DNA of 63,151 nt, counting the filler, from Collodictyon triciliatum (lineage: Eukaryota), in the NCBI GenBank assembly GCA_043381765.1. It is 7 parts of 7 records of this genome, joined end to end, with 100 filler letters (N's around TTAATTAATTAA, not from the genome) between each part and the next. Parts side by side here need not be neighbours in the genome. Positions count along the whole stretch, not along the records: positions 10,903 to 21,732 come from JBHJMP010002558.1; positions 21,833 to 32,630 come from JBHJMP010002559.1; 5 more parts are not named here. One strand, given 5' to 3'. The notes beneath the pieces were generated by a model. It did not search any database. It was given only the letters and a program-made list of their open reading frames with translations, and had not been told where the DNA came from. Both the position numbers and the translations under genes were made by a program. Shown here one piece after another: positions 14,544-28,122 of this stretch (within the stretch, counting starts at the first letter, position 1; every line of letters begins with the position of its first letter).

Positions 14544-16658
14544 CTAAGTATCCTTGGCCACCTTCACATGGCGCCAGATGTTCCTCGCCTGGAATTCAGT
14601 TAGGTTGAACGGGTCTGAATTCAGGTCTTCCACTTCTAACTCGACAAATTCCTTCCCGGTTACTCTGAGTTGTGACACGATATCTATAAACTTTTTGATT
14701 ATATTCTTTTCCTTCAAGTAGGCTACAAGCTCAGTATTGTTCATATCCTAGACCGACGCATTATTTTCACCTACCGGAGCTCCAGGGTTTCTCTGGATTT
14801 CAATGAGTCTAGGCTCCAAGTCGGCTGCAGAGGGGCGTTCTCGAGGTTCATATCTCCAGCACTCACTTAGCAGCCGAGCAAGCTTGGCAGAAGTTTCTGA
14901 AGGGATTTCAGGTAAAATTTTGTTTGTCTTCTGCATTATTATACTTACATGAGGAAGTCCGTCATAAGGCCTCTTCCCCGCCAACATCGCCCAAATCACG
15001 AGCCCAAGTGCATAAATATCACCCATCGCACCGAAACCTTCAATGATTTCGACGAAATCGGGTGCGATGTAATGATATGTGCCTTTGAATTCTATTGTGC
15101 TTGATACTGTATCATGAACGATTGAGTTGCCAAAGTCACATAACTTTGCCACGCTACCACAGAGCAATATGTTCTCGGGCTTTAAGTCACGGTGTTCTAC
15201 AGGGGGATTGCGGGTGTGAAGGTAATTTAATCCAGCGTTGATATGAATAGAATATTCCATACATCTGTCGAACTTAATTGGCCCATTTTTCAAAATATCA
15301 TCCCAAATACTTTGTCTGTCGGCATATTCCATGACGTAAAATACTTTCGTCTTGTTGCACCCGTAAGCATAGAGTCCGATAATGTTTGTATGTGTCAAAG
15401 TCTCCATTAACTTCGCTTCTGTGGTCAGCTCTTCGTATAATGCGGTGCCCGCCTTTGCTGTCTTTCTAAGAACTTTAACAGCAAAGATACCTTTTTGGAG
15501 TTGAACTTTATACACTGTGCCAAAACCTCCGTCTCCAAGAACCTCCTGCGAGGTGAGGTCGATGTTCATAATTTCACCATAGTCACCAGTCACCAATTCA
15601 CTCTCAGGAGCCGCTATTTAACAAAGAATTTAATCATCTAACTAATGCGTTTATTTTTATAGCTTTTTTTTTTACCTTCTTCTATGCGAATTTCTTCGGC
15701 TCTGTGAGTTTCTTCAGCTTTTCGGACTTCTTCCACTTTATGAGCTAACTTAGCTGGGTCAATCTTTGTTATTTCATAATATATTAGTAGCTGTCTATTT
15801 CTGCTCAAATAAATTTTTAAATCATTAAAATAAAATCTCAGATTAATATCAGGTATGAATTAAGAAAGTCTCGTGTTTAGAATATCCACATACATGGGCG
15901 GTCACGAGATCAGCACGAAACTCAGACAAGGTTATGCGCTCCTCTGGCGTTTGACGCAAAGCCCTCGCCACCAACTCTTTCATTTTTGGATCAGTAATTG
16001 TTTTTATATCAAAGCGACGGACTTTGGGAATCTTTTTGGAGAGAAGCATCCATAATATAAGCCCTATTGAGTAAACCTCGCTCTTCTCTTGGACATAAGA
16101 GCCACAACGGAACACTTCTGGCGGATATATTGCTATGTATTGGATTTTAGAACTTGAATCTCCACGTTGAAGACTATCACGTAGCTCGCACATCCCAAAA
16201 TCACACAGGGCAACAGTTCCGTTTTCCCTCAGAATGATTTTGTTCGGCCTGATGATGTGATTGAAGGTTCCATGAGAATGTAGAAATCCAACACTGTCAC
16301 AGATCTTTTGAGCTGTGTTTTTGATCATGTCTAAGTCGAAGTTATGCTTGGGAATTATTTTATCAAAGCTTTGTCCTTCGTAGAACTCGCGGACGATATG
16401 TAAAGCGCCCTCTGCAACATAGGCACCCAGATAGGACAAAACCCCGTCATTTTGAGGCAGTTCAACAAGCTCACTGACAGCCCTCATAATCGGCTCGATA
16501 TCTCCAGGTGTATAAAGCATGGATACTTTGTACTGTTTCACTGCGACGATCTGTCCTGTTCTTCTGTCTTTGGCCTGGAAGATGCAGTAATCATCTGCTA
16601 TGAAAATAGCGTTGCCCAAAATAAGGTCAGAGCTTTGTAGTTTGACAAACTGCGCCAT
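14544..16658 (-). CDS. Tandem pseudokinase + TKL-like kinase, followed in frame (across TAG 14748-14750) by a SAM-like domain
   Basis: Domain 1 has VAVK and DFG but HIIRPNKI in place of HRDLKPEN. Short linker exon ~15677-15763. Domain 2 has GDGGFG, AVK, HRDLKPEN, DFG. 14544-14744 reads ELVAYL...VTGKEFVELEVEDL. Confidence 0.8.
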
Positions 16659-16839
16659 CTGCTGTCTGCTCTAAGGTGTCGAGTTTTTGGCGTGTATGTT
16701 AGTACTTTTGCCATAGTTTCATCCCATATTATGTTCCTTTGTTCTGTTTTAATTTGGTTTGTTGCAGCCTGGCCTGGTGTTGTCTTATACAGGGTTAATC
16801 GAATATCAGACGAGGTTTCTCTGACCATATTGTGGTGAA

Positions 16840-19800
16840 TTTATTTTATTTTTTCTTCTAGAATATTCTAGAAGGGGCCTAAAAGGTTATGCGGTGCGAG
16901 GGGCGAGATAGATGCGGATGGTGGAGAGCAAACGCAAGTAGGAGAAGACGTTACTGTGAAGAGAGGCCAGCACTGGGAGGAAATCAGTGATAGCGAGTTG
17001 GTCAGGTGGGCGTCCCATCTGGTTGATTGGTTGCGTGGGTAGCAGGGGTTAGATATGCTGTGGGAGATATCTTACGACACATTCCCACATCTCTCTTCAC
17101 TTGCAGTCAAAGTAGTGAAGAATGCGAGCGTGTTTCAGCAGACTGTTCAGGAAGCTGTATTGCACGAGGCTTTCCAGCCTGGCTACATTGATTTCTCGTT
17201 CGGGTGAATCATTAGAGCGAGAGAATGCACGCACACTCCATAAGGCCCACAGCATATGTCCCCTTGTGACTGTCCAGAGTATTCTAGAGTCGTGGGTCAT
17301 TTGGTATTGTGAGCCAAACAGGATGTCAGACGCGTTGAGTCGGCTGGGAGCAAAATCAAGCTCAGAGAGCATCTTGTGGGTCGATTCTGTAACTTTTTGA
17401 GCAAGAGAGCACTTCACAAATGTGTGTTCGATAGAGTCATCTCCACTATGGCACATGGTGCATTCTGGGGAGGTCGTTGCTGCATGGAATACACGCGCAC
17501 CTATCCACAGCTCTCTGTTGGAGATATTGAGCAGTAGGGCGTGATGATTTCGGGAGTAGCTGAGGTATGCGGACTTGCTTCCAGCTTTTGACTATCGGCG
17601 GGTTTATAATGCCTATAGTTTCGGCCCATCGACTCATTTTCTCCGGTTTGTAGGGATTCGGACTGATGATTTTATATCGAAACAGCTTGGAGTACGCCAT
17701 GGCCATCGAGAATTGTGGAGAATCAGGCGTAATGGACCGCCTTTGGTTCTATAAGCGAAAGAAAAATGGCGACGGCGCTCCGTATGAGATGGGACGTCGT
17801 GAGCGCCATTCTCCTTTGTTGTTCAGGACGGCTGTGGTTGGGGTTGTATTCGTAGAGTGAAATATCGTTGCATTTTTCGGCGGTGCGAAGTTTCCATCCT
17901 TTTGGAAAGCGACTTGTTGCAGGATGAAGGAGCTGTTTCCTTCTCTCGACTTGACGATACAGAAGCCTTTTGCTCTATCCCGGCAAAGTTGGCACATAAC
18001 AGCATGTAGTTGGGTAGACTCGCAAATTTCACAGTTTTCATACAGAACCTTCCACCGCGCTAGTAGCGGCTCGGGCGTGTTTGGCGGAGGTGATGGCATT
18101 CTAATCTCACAGAGCTATGCCTTGAAGTTCGGGCATATGCGATGGATAAGATGCCACATTCCACGCTGCCAGAATCCTTTCGGATGGGTAAGCATATCTG
18201 TCCACCATCTCATCGTGAGTGATGTCCATGCAATGCCATGCTTTATGAGTCCCAGCCCTCCCTCCGTGGGTGGCTTAGAGAGCGTCTTGATTTTATATTT
18301 TTGATTATTCAAAGTGATGAAGTTGTGGCAGACGTCTTCCAGCTCCTTCAACCTCTGGAGATTCAGCAAAGTGCCTTTCATGTTGTAGATAAGGGTCGAC
18401 AACATCACTTGGTTCCACAACCTTACTTTCCCCACGTCCGAGAGATGAAAGTTGCTCCACACTGATATTTTCGACTTGATGTCCTCAACCAGGCTCGTCC
18501 ATTTGTTATCCGATTGTGGACCGAATATGATACCAAGATACTCCTTTGAATCGAATAAAGGAAAAAAAATGATACCAAGATACTTGAGTGGATGTGACGG
18601 TGGCTTCCACACAATATTTCCTGGAAACATAGGTCCATCTTGAAACCCAAAAAGAATTCCATCTGTCTTGTCTTAGTTGATTATCCCGCCGACAGCTCGT
18701 GTGTATTCTTGGATGCATTTGTTGGCGAGTGTGGCGCCTTTGGGAGACTGCAAGATGAATGCTGTGTCGTCTGCGTATTGAAGTAGCAGTTGGTTGCGTA
18801 CCTTGTTTTCGTTTCGGAAGTGGTTTGCAAGGCAGTCAGCGACAAATTTGAAGAGAAGTGGTGCAAATGGGCAGCCTTGATACACCCCGCTCTGTCTTTG
18901 GATTGCATCTGTAGGTCCGTGTGCCGTGAGTACCCTCGCTGTTGCATTGTCGTACATTTTCTTGATAAGACCGGTGAATCCGGTACAGAAGCCTCTTTTG
19001 TGTAGGATGATTTCCAGTGCTTCGTGGTTCACGTAGTCGTATGCTTTCTCCAGGTCGTAGAAAATCATAGCGCGGGGTATCCCGCTTACTTGATATTCCA
19101 TGTACTCTTTGTTGACAATCCAGATGTTTATATCGATGTTCCTTCCGTTCATGAAGCCAATCTGCTCTTTGGATATGAGTTTGTCAGCGATGGGTAATAT
19201 GCGATTTCTGAGTAGCGTCGTAAATATCTTATACTCGTTATTCAACAGCGATATTGGCCGCCAGTCTGCGAGATTGCTCGAGTTTCCTTTCTTTGGTATC
19301 AGCCGCACCGTGGCCTCTGTAAATCCTTGCGGTAGGTCGCCACCAGACATGATTCCATTCAGAAAAGTCACTAAGGATGCCTTGACCTCATTAAAGAAAG
19401 CAGAGTATATTCCGTTGGGCAGCCTATCTGGTCCTGGCGCCTTTCCGTTGTGCAGCGACTTGACCGCTTTCCACAATTCGCCTGCATCTATTGGTGCTAT
19501 CATGCTGGCTGCTTGCGAGGGTGAAGCCTTAGAGCAGTTTGTGGTGATAAGCTCGAGAGTAGCAGCATCATAGTCTCGTCTTGACCATATCTTTGAGAAG
19601 AAGTTGTGGGTATTCTTTTTGTTGTTGCGAGGTAATTAATGCTGCATGTCCTCATATGGTGTGCAGAACGGATACAATGTCTTTTCTTTTCCCTTTCCTA
19701 GTCCAAAGAACTATTTATCCATCTGTTCAAAGTCTCGCAAGTATCTCGCCTCCCATTTTTCACGGTATTTGTGAATATCCGATGTTAGCTGCTCCGCAAG

Positions 19801-21732
19801 TTTATCTTACAAGCTCGCCAGTTTTTCTTTTTGGGTGCGTTTCCACCCCGATGGTCTACCGGCTGCTCTCATCAGAGCCTCTTTTTCCATTCCAAGCTTC
19901 TTCCGCTCCTCTCCATCCTTATTTTTGAACCAGCTCGATTTTTGGATAAGAATAGAGAGCTGCTTTTTGAGTATTGGCCATTCCGCCTCGATGAGCGCAT
20001 CACCCGGGTATTGAAGTAAGCCCTGAGCTTGTTTTGTATATCTTCTATCGACTTGGAGTCATTGTATGCCCTCCAGTCTATATACATCGCCATTATTTTG
20101 AAAAATAGATCAGTAAACCCGCAAATAACAAAGGGCGGAAGGTAAAGAATAGACTGTTCTTAGTTTCTTGAACCACGCATGCAAGTCCCTTGAGCAGAGG
20201 AAGCGGTCGATTCTGCTCCACATGAAGCCGCTTTTTGTATGTCTTCTACACGTTGCTCCTAGGGAGTGAGGATTGAGCGTCTTCCAGGGTCTTGCAGCTT
20301 GTGCCTGATTGTCCAGTCGACGAAAGGTTTGTCATTGCGTGTCGAGGACTCAGACCACTCGGTGCTGGCATCAAGAAGAGCGTTGAAGTCTCCACAGATG
20401 ATGATATGTTTCGCAGACTCCATCTCCTTAGAGATAAGCTCATACTCGTGTATTCTAGTATTTGAACCTGCTGTTTGGAGCGACATGTATGTCGTCATTA
20501 TACGAGTGTCAGCTCCATCGATCTGAAGCGAGGATTGAGTTTGGCTATCCATTTCTTGCATAAAAACGCTACACCTGCATGTCTATTGATTATCGTAACA
20601 GGACCACATTTGTGGACCTTTCCATGTTTGATTTTGGTTAGATTGCCATGGCTGAGCCATGTTTCTTGGAGGCAGATGATATCTGCGTGAGAGAAAAGAG
20701 CAGTGTTTAGGGCCTCTTTTCTTTTTTGGGGGTCGTTAATCCCCTGAAGTTCCACGATAGAACGTTAAAACGCATGAGTAGTCTATTGGCTTTTGGAGGC
20801 CGTAGCCTCCGGTGATTGGCCCTCTCCGCTGGAGCTGGGTGTCTCAGAGTGGGATGGTTTACATGAGTTACCCTTATTTGGCCGGTGTTATGATTGCTCG
20901 CGGTTCGGCCAGGATTTGTCGGATGGTTTTGGACTTTGGGCTGCAACCCCCATTGTAGCTGGTGTCTTGGGAGATGCACTCTGTTGGTCATCAGCAATCA
21001 TGGATTCCGATTTTCCTCTACTATCCACGCGGTAGGCAGAGTCACCCATGTTTCCACTTTCATTCTGGCTTGCTTTCTGGCTCGCTATATTCGGTGGTGT
21101 GCTTGACTGATTCACTCCCTTTTCATCGGGCGAGGCTTTATCTTCGATTGTTTCGGTCTTTTTTGGTGCGCCAGTGATTGCAGGATGAGTAACCGGTGTT
21201 TTATATTCATCTACGGTTCTTTTTCTTGGATAGGATGGTGTTTCTTGCTGGGGAGTCGCAAGAGTTTCGACAGCAGGTCCGCTCCCATAAACAGTACTTG
21301 AGGAGTAATTCGTTGTTCCCGAAGCTTCAAGGTGCTCGCTGTCTTCTTCAGCAGAACCTTCTATGACGACGACAGGTTGTATGGACTGTTGTTAATCCAA
21401 TCCCGAGTCTGGGACGTCGCTTCTTATAGATTGTGCAGTACTTGCTGAAGAAAGAGTCTCTTGAGTGATTCCAGGAGTCATGACCTCTAAGGAGGTAGGC
21501 GGGTGTGGTTTGCTGGGTGCCATTATGCTGTTTCCCGATTCTGTTACCGAGTTGGCTTGGATTTCCCTTTCCTCGGCATCCTCTCCATGATTTGAAGGTG
21601 AGCTTGGTGAGATATCATCGGCTTGAGGAGGTTGGAAATCTTGGAGGCATGCGATGTTTCCTCCACTTTGAAGCCATTCCACGATTGATACTGCTTCCTC
21701 TGTGTTCATTGGTGAACTTGATGCACTTTCGG
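16840..21732 (-). mobile_element. Degenerate non-LTR retrotransposon (APE + RT, L1/Tx1-like), 5' end cut by the spacer
   Basis: APE motifs SWNFRG, ICLQET, ICGDFN, SRIDRF; RT motifs KAPGPD, WRPISLLN, DLEKAYD, GVYQGCPFAP, QYADD, KYLGI; C-terminal C-x2-C...H...C; several frameshifts and stops; A-rich 3' tail near 16840-16854. Confidence 0.93.
18543..18568 (+). mobile_element. 26-nt micro-insertion with a 16-nt target-site duplication, nested in LINE ORF2
   Basis: cctttgaatcgaataaagg+A7 between identical atgataccaagatact at 18527-18542 and 18569-18584; duplicates YLGII in the ORF2 translation. Confidence 0.88.
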
Positions 21733-22658
21733 NNNNNNNNNNNNNNNNNNNNNNNNNNNNNNNNNNNNNNNNNNNNTTAATTAATTAANNNNNNNNNNNN
21801 NNNNNNNNNNNNNNNNNNNNNNNNNNNNNNNNACAAAAACAAAAACAAAAACAAAAACAAAAACAAAAACAAAAACAAAAACAAAAACAAAAAACAAAAA
21901 CAAAAAACAAAAACAAAAACAAAAACAAAAAGAAATCTATTGTATATTCCGCGATAACCTATTTCTTAACTTTGCCTTGGTGCAGCGCCTTGGGCAGGCT
22001 AAAGTCCCGCAGCATCTCAGTTGGGTGCTGGGACCCAGGCCATTGCCGATCGTTGGCGACGCACGAGCGGCGGAATGATCACACCATATCAAAACAGGGC
22101 AATCCTTCCTTTCCGCACGAAAACGGTTTCCTTTTGAGATTATACTTATATGGAAATTATAATATATTGTATTTATTTATAATGATGAATCCTATTATTG
22201 AATAAAGTATCAATTTTTTTAGTAGTTATTACTATATATTAGTCACAAATATGAAATTCCATAAATATGCGCTGAGCAGATAAACGCTGAGCTGAAATGT
22301 GTGACAGAAGCAGCCGACACAGCTCGATAAACAAGCATCCGCTCCGCCAGTTCAGGTCGGCTGCGTTTCCAGGCTCAATGGACAATTCGCACTCAAGTAT
22401 TCTGTTCTCCCCTAAGTTGGTTTGATACTCCTGCAATCATGTTGCAAGACCCTTACCTATTCGTAGAAGGAGAGCCTTCTTGTTGCGGCAAAAAAAGAAA
22501 CAAAGAAACAAAGAAACAAAGAAACAAAGAAACAAAGAAACAAAGAAACAAAGAAACAAANNNNNNNAGAAACAAAGAAACAAAGAAACAAATCCTGTGG
22601 GGGTTTAAATGAATAGCTTGTACAATGGTGCAAAATGCCCTGTGATATTTGGTCAAAG

Positions 22659-22687
22659 TTTTTCCCCCTCTTTTATTCGATTCAAAG
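22659..22687 (-). mobile_element. 29-nt micro-insertion with a 15-nt target-site duplication
   Basis: CTTTGAATCGAATAAAAGAGGGGGAAAAA (minus strand) between identical gatatttggtcaaag at 22644-22658 and 22688-22702. Confidence 0.85.
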
Positions 22688-22853
22688 GATATTTGGTCAA
22701 AGCCAACTTTGTATTATTTTTGAGTTTTCTTGGGTGACCTCCTAGTTTTTTTTTTTTTAAAGGTACTATCAGCTTACAGGCTTTTATATAACTATCACAA
22801 GTCCTCTTAAAATCAAACTGAAAAGCAAGTGTTTTTTTTTTTCTTACAGAGAG

Positions 22854-25800
22854 ATGAACAAGTACGAAGTGTTGGGCGTCATTGGGGAAGGTATGCGAAG
22901 CAGATAAAACAATTCATTTATTATCATTTGTCTCTAATTTTTCTTTCAAGTTTGAGGTCGAACCTTTGGTTAACCGCGATAAAAATGAGAAAAATGAGAA
23001 AAAATGGTCGAAGAAAAAAATCTGACGGAATACTTAAATTACTCAAATATTCATAGGTGCCTACGGAATAGTATTAAAATGTAAAACTAAAGTAAGTCTT
23101 TCTACTTGTCATTTGTCCCTTTCATTTTCTCCTTCACTTGAAGTGTGAAGACAATGTTTTAATTTTTTTCAGCTGAATTATTCAAAAATATTAACATTTT
23201 AATAGGAAAACGGCAGACTGGTCGCAATAAAAAAATTCAAGGAGAGCGAGGGTTCTTTTTATTATTATTATTATTTTTGTTGTTGTTTGATTTACTTTTC
23301 TGTAAACCATCCACAACAGAGAATAATACTTAAAACATATACTTTCACAGATTATTTCAACATGTTTGACATATTTTTTTTTTCGTTGCACTCCTTTTAT
23401 TTTATGACAAAAATCAACCTGTAAACTTTCCAACATATCATACAATTTTCTTTTGAAACAATAGAGGATGAGTCGGTCAGGAAGACAACACTACGAGAGG
23501 TCAAAATATTACGCATGCTAAATCAGCAAAACATAATTGGATTAAAGGAAGCTTTTCGGCGAAAAGGGAAACTATATCTAGTGTTTGAAGTACCATTTTA
23601 ATGACAAAATGATAATTCGGGGCCCACTTCTATGTCTTCTCAATTCTCTTAGTGTTTATTCCGTTTATTCTCGTGGTCTATACATCACTATTATGTTTTT
23701 TTCCCTTCATCCGTTTCAAAGGTGGTATTCTTATCTCTATAAGAAATAAATAATAATACCACAATTAAAAAAAGAAATCTTCCTTGAAATTGAAAATAAT
23801 TATCTTCATTTTGAAAAACAACCACTGAAATCAGCACCATTCAACCTAACCTACTGGGAATATAAAACGAAGCTATGGATACATGATTTATTTATTTGCA
23901 GTACATGGAATATAATTTATTGGAAGTACTCCAGCAACATCCAGATGGATTAGATCCAGAGATTGTACGGTCATATATATACCAGCTTGTCAAAGCGACA
24001 GATTATTGCCACCAACATAGTATCATTCATAGAGGTACATAATATTTTCTCACAATACAGACAAAACAAACAAAATTTTGACATGGTGCGTTTAATATTT
24101 AATTTATTACTGATTGGACTTGCTCACAAATAAATGCATAAATGGTTAGACATAAAGCCTGAAAACCTTTTAGTGAACACAGATCAGATGTTAAAGCTAT
24201 GCGACTTTGGTACGAACATAGCCATATTAGTCTTTCATAATCGTTCGATAAGTGCTCACGCAGATAAATTATCTCATGTACAAATTGAAAAAGAGACTTT
24301 GTACCAAAATCGGGTGGTCAATCAATACATGAACAAATTAGCCAAACCCCAAACTTCTAGGATTCGCTCGAATATCATCCAAGCAAGGGAATGATTACAC
24401 AGACTATGTCGCTACTAGATGGTATCGGCCACCTGAGCTGCTTTTAGGGTATGCGATATATATTTTTTTTACATAATTTCCTATTTGATAATGAACCAGG
24501 CTCCGTTTTCATCTTCGAGCCATATCAACTTACATGTGCACTTTTTTTTTATCTTACAGATCCACAAATTATGATAAATCGGTCGACATATGGATGATTG
24601 GTTGTATCATGGCCGAACTTATCGAAGGGCAGGCACTTTTCCCAGGAGAGAGCGACCTCGACCAATTGTCAATTTTATTTTATTTTATGTTATTTTAGTT
24701 GAAGTATGTATATTTACATTTTTTTTTTAATATTTATAGCTATTCTTCATAAATAAATTCAGCTTGCATATTTAAAATCACATGAGAAGAAAAAGAAAAT
24801 AAATGAAAACTAATCATGTGTAAAATCGAGAGACTCGAGCTCAGAGGAGATACAGAAGAAACACTTATACTTCAACGTTTTTGATAGGTACATTATCCAG
24901 AAAACCTTGGGTCCTCTCATCCAAAGCCACTCGATTTTATTTTCCAAAAATCCTAGATTTGCTGGTTTCAAATTTCCTGACATGACAAAGCCAGACGGAC
25001 TAGAAAAGAGATTTTCGAAGCGGATTAACAAAAATGCGATGGGATTTATGAAGGTCATTTGCATAACCCTCAACTTTCCTGCGTTTATATAATGATTCCT
25101 TACCTGAATGGATTCTATATAATCTTGCACTTAGTAAGATAAATTATGAAATAATTAATAAAGGGGATACTACAAATGGACCCGAGCTCACGCTTCACAG
25201 GGCAGCAATGTCTAAACCACCCGTGCGTCAATAAATCATAATAATAAAAAAAATGATTTAAACAATAAAAAACAATAAAGAGTAAATAAATAACATACTT
25301 TATTTTAATCCGATCTTTTAATTGCCCATGCGCCACATATTTACTCTCCAGTATCTCAACATAACATAGTTTTTAAATATTTACGAATGACATTAAACTT
25401 TTTGTAACTGCTTTTTTTTGTTCAATCAAAATAATCTAAACAAATCTATCGCTATATTAACTTAAAAGGTACTTTGAAGGACTGGACGAACTAATGAAGA
25501 AAAATGAGTTAAACCAGAGAAAAGCAGAGTTATCTCGAAAGGATAATTCTACGCGCGAGGTATAAACCCCATACCACCACAATTTACAAACACTGAAAGA
25601 AAGAATGAAAAGAAAATAATACCGATGTATTAATATTCCAACAAGATATTTAGCTTACAAACTTTTTTCCGAAGCAATTAAATTTGTGATTTCCACCCAC
25701 CTTATCCTCAAATATAGCAGAGCCGAGCTGTTCCCGAGGAAAATAATGGCCTTTTGCGAGTGAGGTCATCTACCAATTTAAAACGAGTTTCAATCGAAAA

Positions 25801-27288
25801 TATCGCAGAGCTCGAACAATCAATTTCTTTAACAAACACACCAGTCAATCGGGCACAAAATGTGATAGCTCCATGTATACCTAACAGCAGTCAGTTGGCA
25901 GAGCGAGTTCCTATGCAAAAGTATGGAAAAGGATTGTTATTGGAAGAGTCATCAGATACTACAAGCCAGGCTCTGCGCCCACGGTTTCCCAGAGACATCA
26001 CAGATTTTAATGGAGATAATCGGATTAAGAGTGAATTATCGACAAACGAGAAACTTCGCAAAGGAGAGTATGAAAAATTCGAGTGCGAATCTTCAGAGCA
26101 CGAAATTCCTGAAGAACAAGCAAAGATTCGTGAGCTCATGGCGTTGCAAGAGCGAGGTGGCTCAAGATTGGGGGTTAGAGAGCCTATTCTTGGGCCAGTG
26201 AGTGGCCATCGGGCCACCCAAGCCCTGCAGGATGTAGTGCTTGGTGATTCGGTAAGTTGATAATTAGATTCCTCCGTAACTGCAAATGCACCAACCCCCT
26301 CGCAACACGAAGTCGATGTCCGAGGATTCCTAAAAACATTTACGGTATTCTCTAGGATAACAAAAGAGCCCTGAGTCGAGGGGAAGTACGAACACCGGTT
26401 CAATTGCGGGGCAAAAAGGCAGCAGCGGCAGCAGCACAAAGTTCAAGCCAACCAGACTCAGTCGCGCACACAGCAACGAGCATTTTTCATGGAGAAGCTC
26501 ACACCCAAATCGGCGTAGGGCGGCGGCCGCGAAAGGCGATGATTGACGACGAAACGCTCCACAGGAAAAAGGAGAAAGAGAGCGCCACACAGCCTCGCGC
26601 ACAAATGGCGCATGTAATCGGGCAGAACAGCAAGGAATCTGTTTTGCTGGAGGAGCTGTACTCCATTCACGACCGAAGACAGCCCCACGTCGCGGCCCTG
26701 GCGAATCCGAGGCAGCCAGGCGATCCGCAAAACACCATCACGCGAAGGCGAAGGGTTGCGTCTCATCACACACAGACACTCATCAACACATCTGTTCGAC
26801 ACGGCTCTCTCTGTCTCTCTAACCACCTTTTCCGACACACAGGGCCGTTCGGACGGGAGTCTGGAAAGTGTGTGCCACTCAAGACCTGCCACGAGAGGCG
26901 ATAACACAACAAACACCAACGAGTTCTACAACCCTGACAGGACCGTCTCCTCGAGAGCGCTCCAAGCGGGTCAAGTCGACGAAGAAGCAGCGCGGGAGTT
27001 TGCCAGTGGCCTCCAGGTAGACGCGCCGGGCGAGACCACTTCCAGACAAGTGACTCTTTCACAACTTTTTTCTTTTTTTTTCCTATTTGCCAGCGGCTGT
27101 CAACCATCCTTGACTCAGCATCAGGGTCTGTTGACAAGAAAAAAGAAAAAAAAAAGAAAAGAAAAAAGAAAAGAAAAAAGAAAAGAAAAAAGAAAAGAAA
27201 AAAAGAAATAAGAAAAAAGGAAAAGACTAACAGTCGTTCCTATCTATGCTCTCAGACTAGTAGGCTCAGCCCCGCCCCGCGCTGGTGA
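22854..27288 (+). CDS. CDKL5: Cyclin-dependent kinase-like (CDKL5/LF5-type) kinase with long C-terminal tail, about 15 exons
   Basis: [84 protein letters not shown]. Kinase introns are GT-AG with the frame intact; tail exons are less certain. Confidence 0.9.
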
Positions 27289-27594
27289 CCAAGGCGAAGT
27301 CGTGTGACATGAGGATTCAGGGTTTGGACTATGTCTGGGAGACTAAGATTCAAAACCTTGAGAGTCAGGGAATAAAGAGTACCAATAGAGCAGCTGGGTT
27401 CCTGAGAGGATAAAGCTGCAAACATATTTGATTGCACGCTACTGTGACATGATAGAGGAAAATGGGAGCATCAAGACAGTTGACTCTCATTTGCCGAGAA
27501 GGGCAAGACAGGCCGCAGCCTGACTTGGTGTCGGAAGGAAAATCACAAGGCCTCCGCAAGCGACACGGGGGATTCTGGTTTATGGGTCACAGGT

Positions 27595-28122
27595 TTAGTA
27601 GAAGAAACCAAGGATCTTGCCTCCGGTGTGGCGGCGGCGGGCCTCTTCGTGGTCCATGATACCGTACGAGGTGGTGAGGACGACAACACCGTACTGGCGA
27701 GAAGGAAGCAGGGTGGTGACCCACTTCTCAATGTCATCGAGGGTGACGTCGAAGCGAGGGCTGATCACACCGCACTTGGTCAGGCGGCCATTGAGCTCAA
27801 CGACGATCTTTCCAGAGCGATGGTTGTCGATGATTTCGAATTCACCGATGTAACCTACATGCAATCAATTTATCATGAATAGACAGATAACAGGACTAGA
27901 AACGATCATGCGTGACGATTGAATACAGAGGCGAGAGGTTTCATGGACACACTGGAGCTAAGGATGTTATAGGTGGGAGTGCATTGACTAACCGTGCTTC
28001 TGCATGACTTGGAGGAATTTGACGACGACCTTGGACTGGGGACCGACCAAGACCTGGCGCTTTCCAGAGCGCTCGGCGTTGACCAAGGCGCGGAGAACAT
28101 CGGCAAGAACACTGACTCTCAT
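27595..28122 (-). CDS. RPS15A: 40S ribosomal protein S15a (uS8), one coding intron and a 5'UTR intron (~28126-28535)
   Basis: [10 protein letters not shown]...GKRQVLV...[29 protein letters not shown]...[11 protein letters not shown]. Confidence 0.97.
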
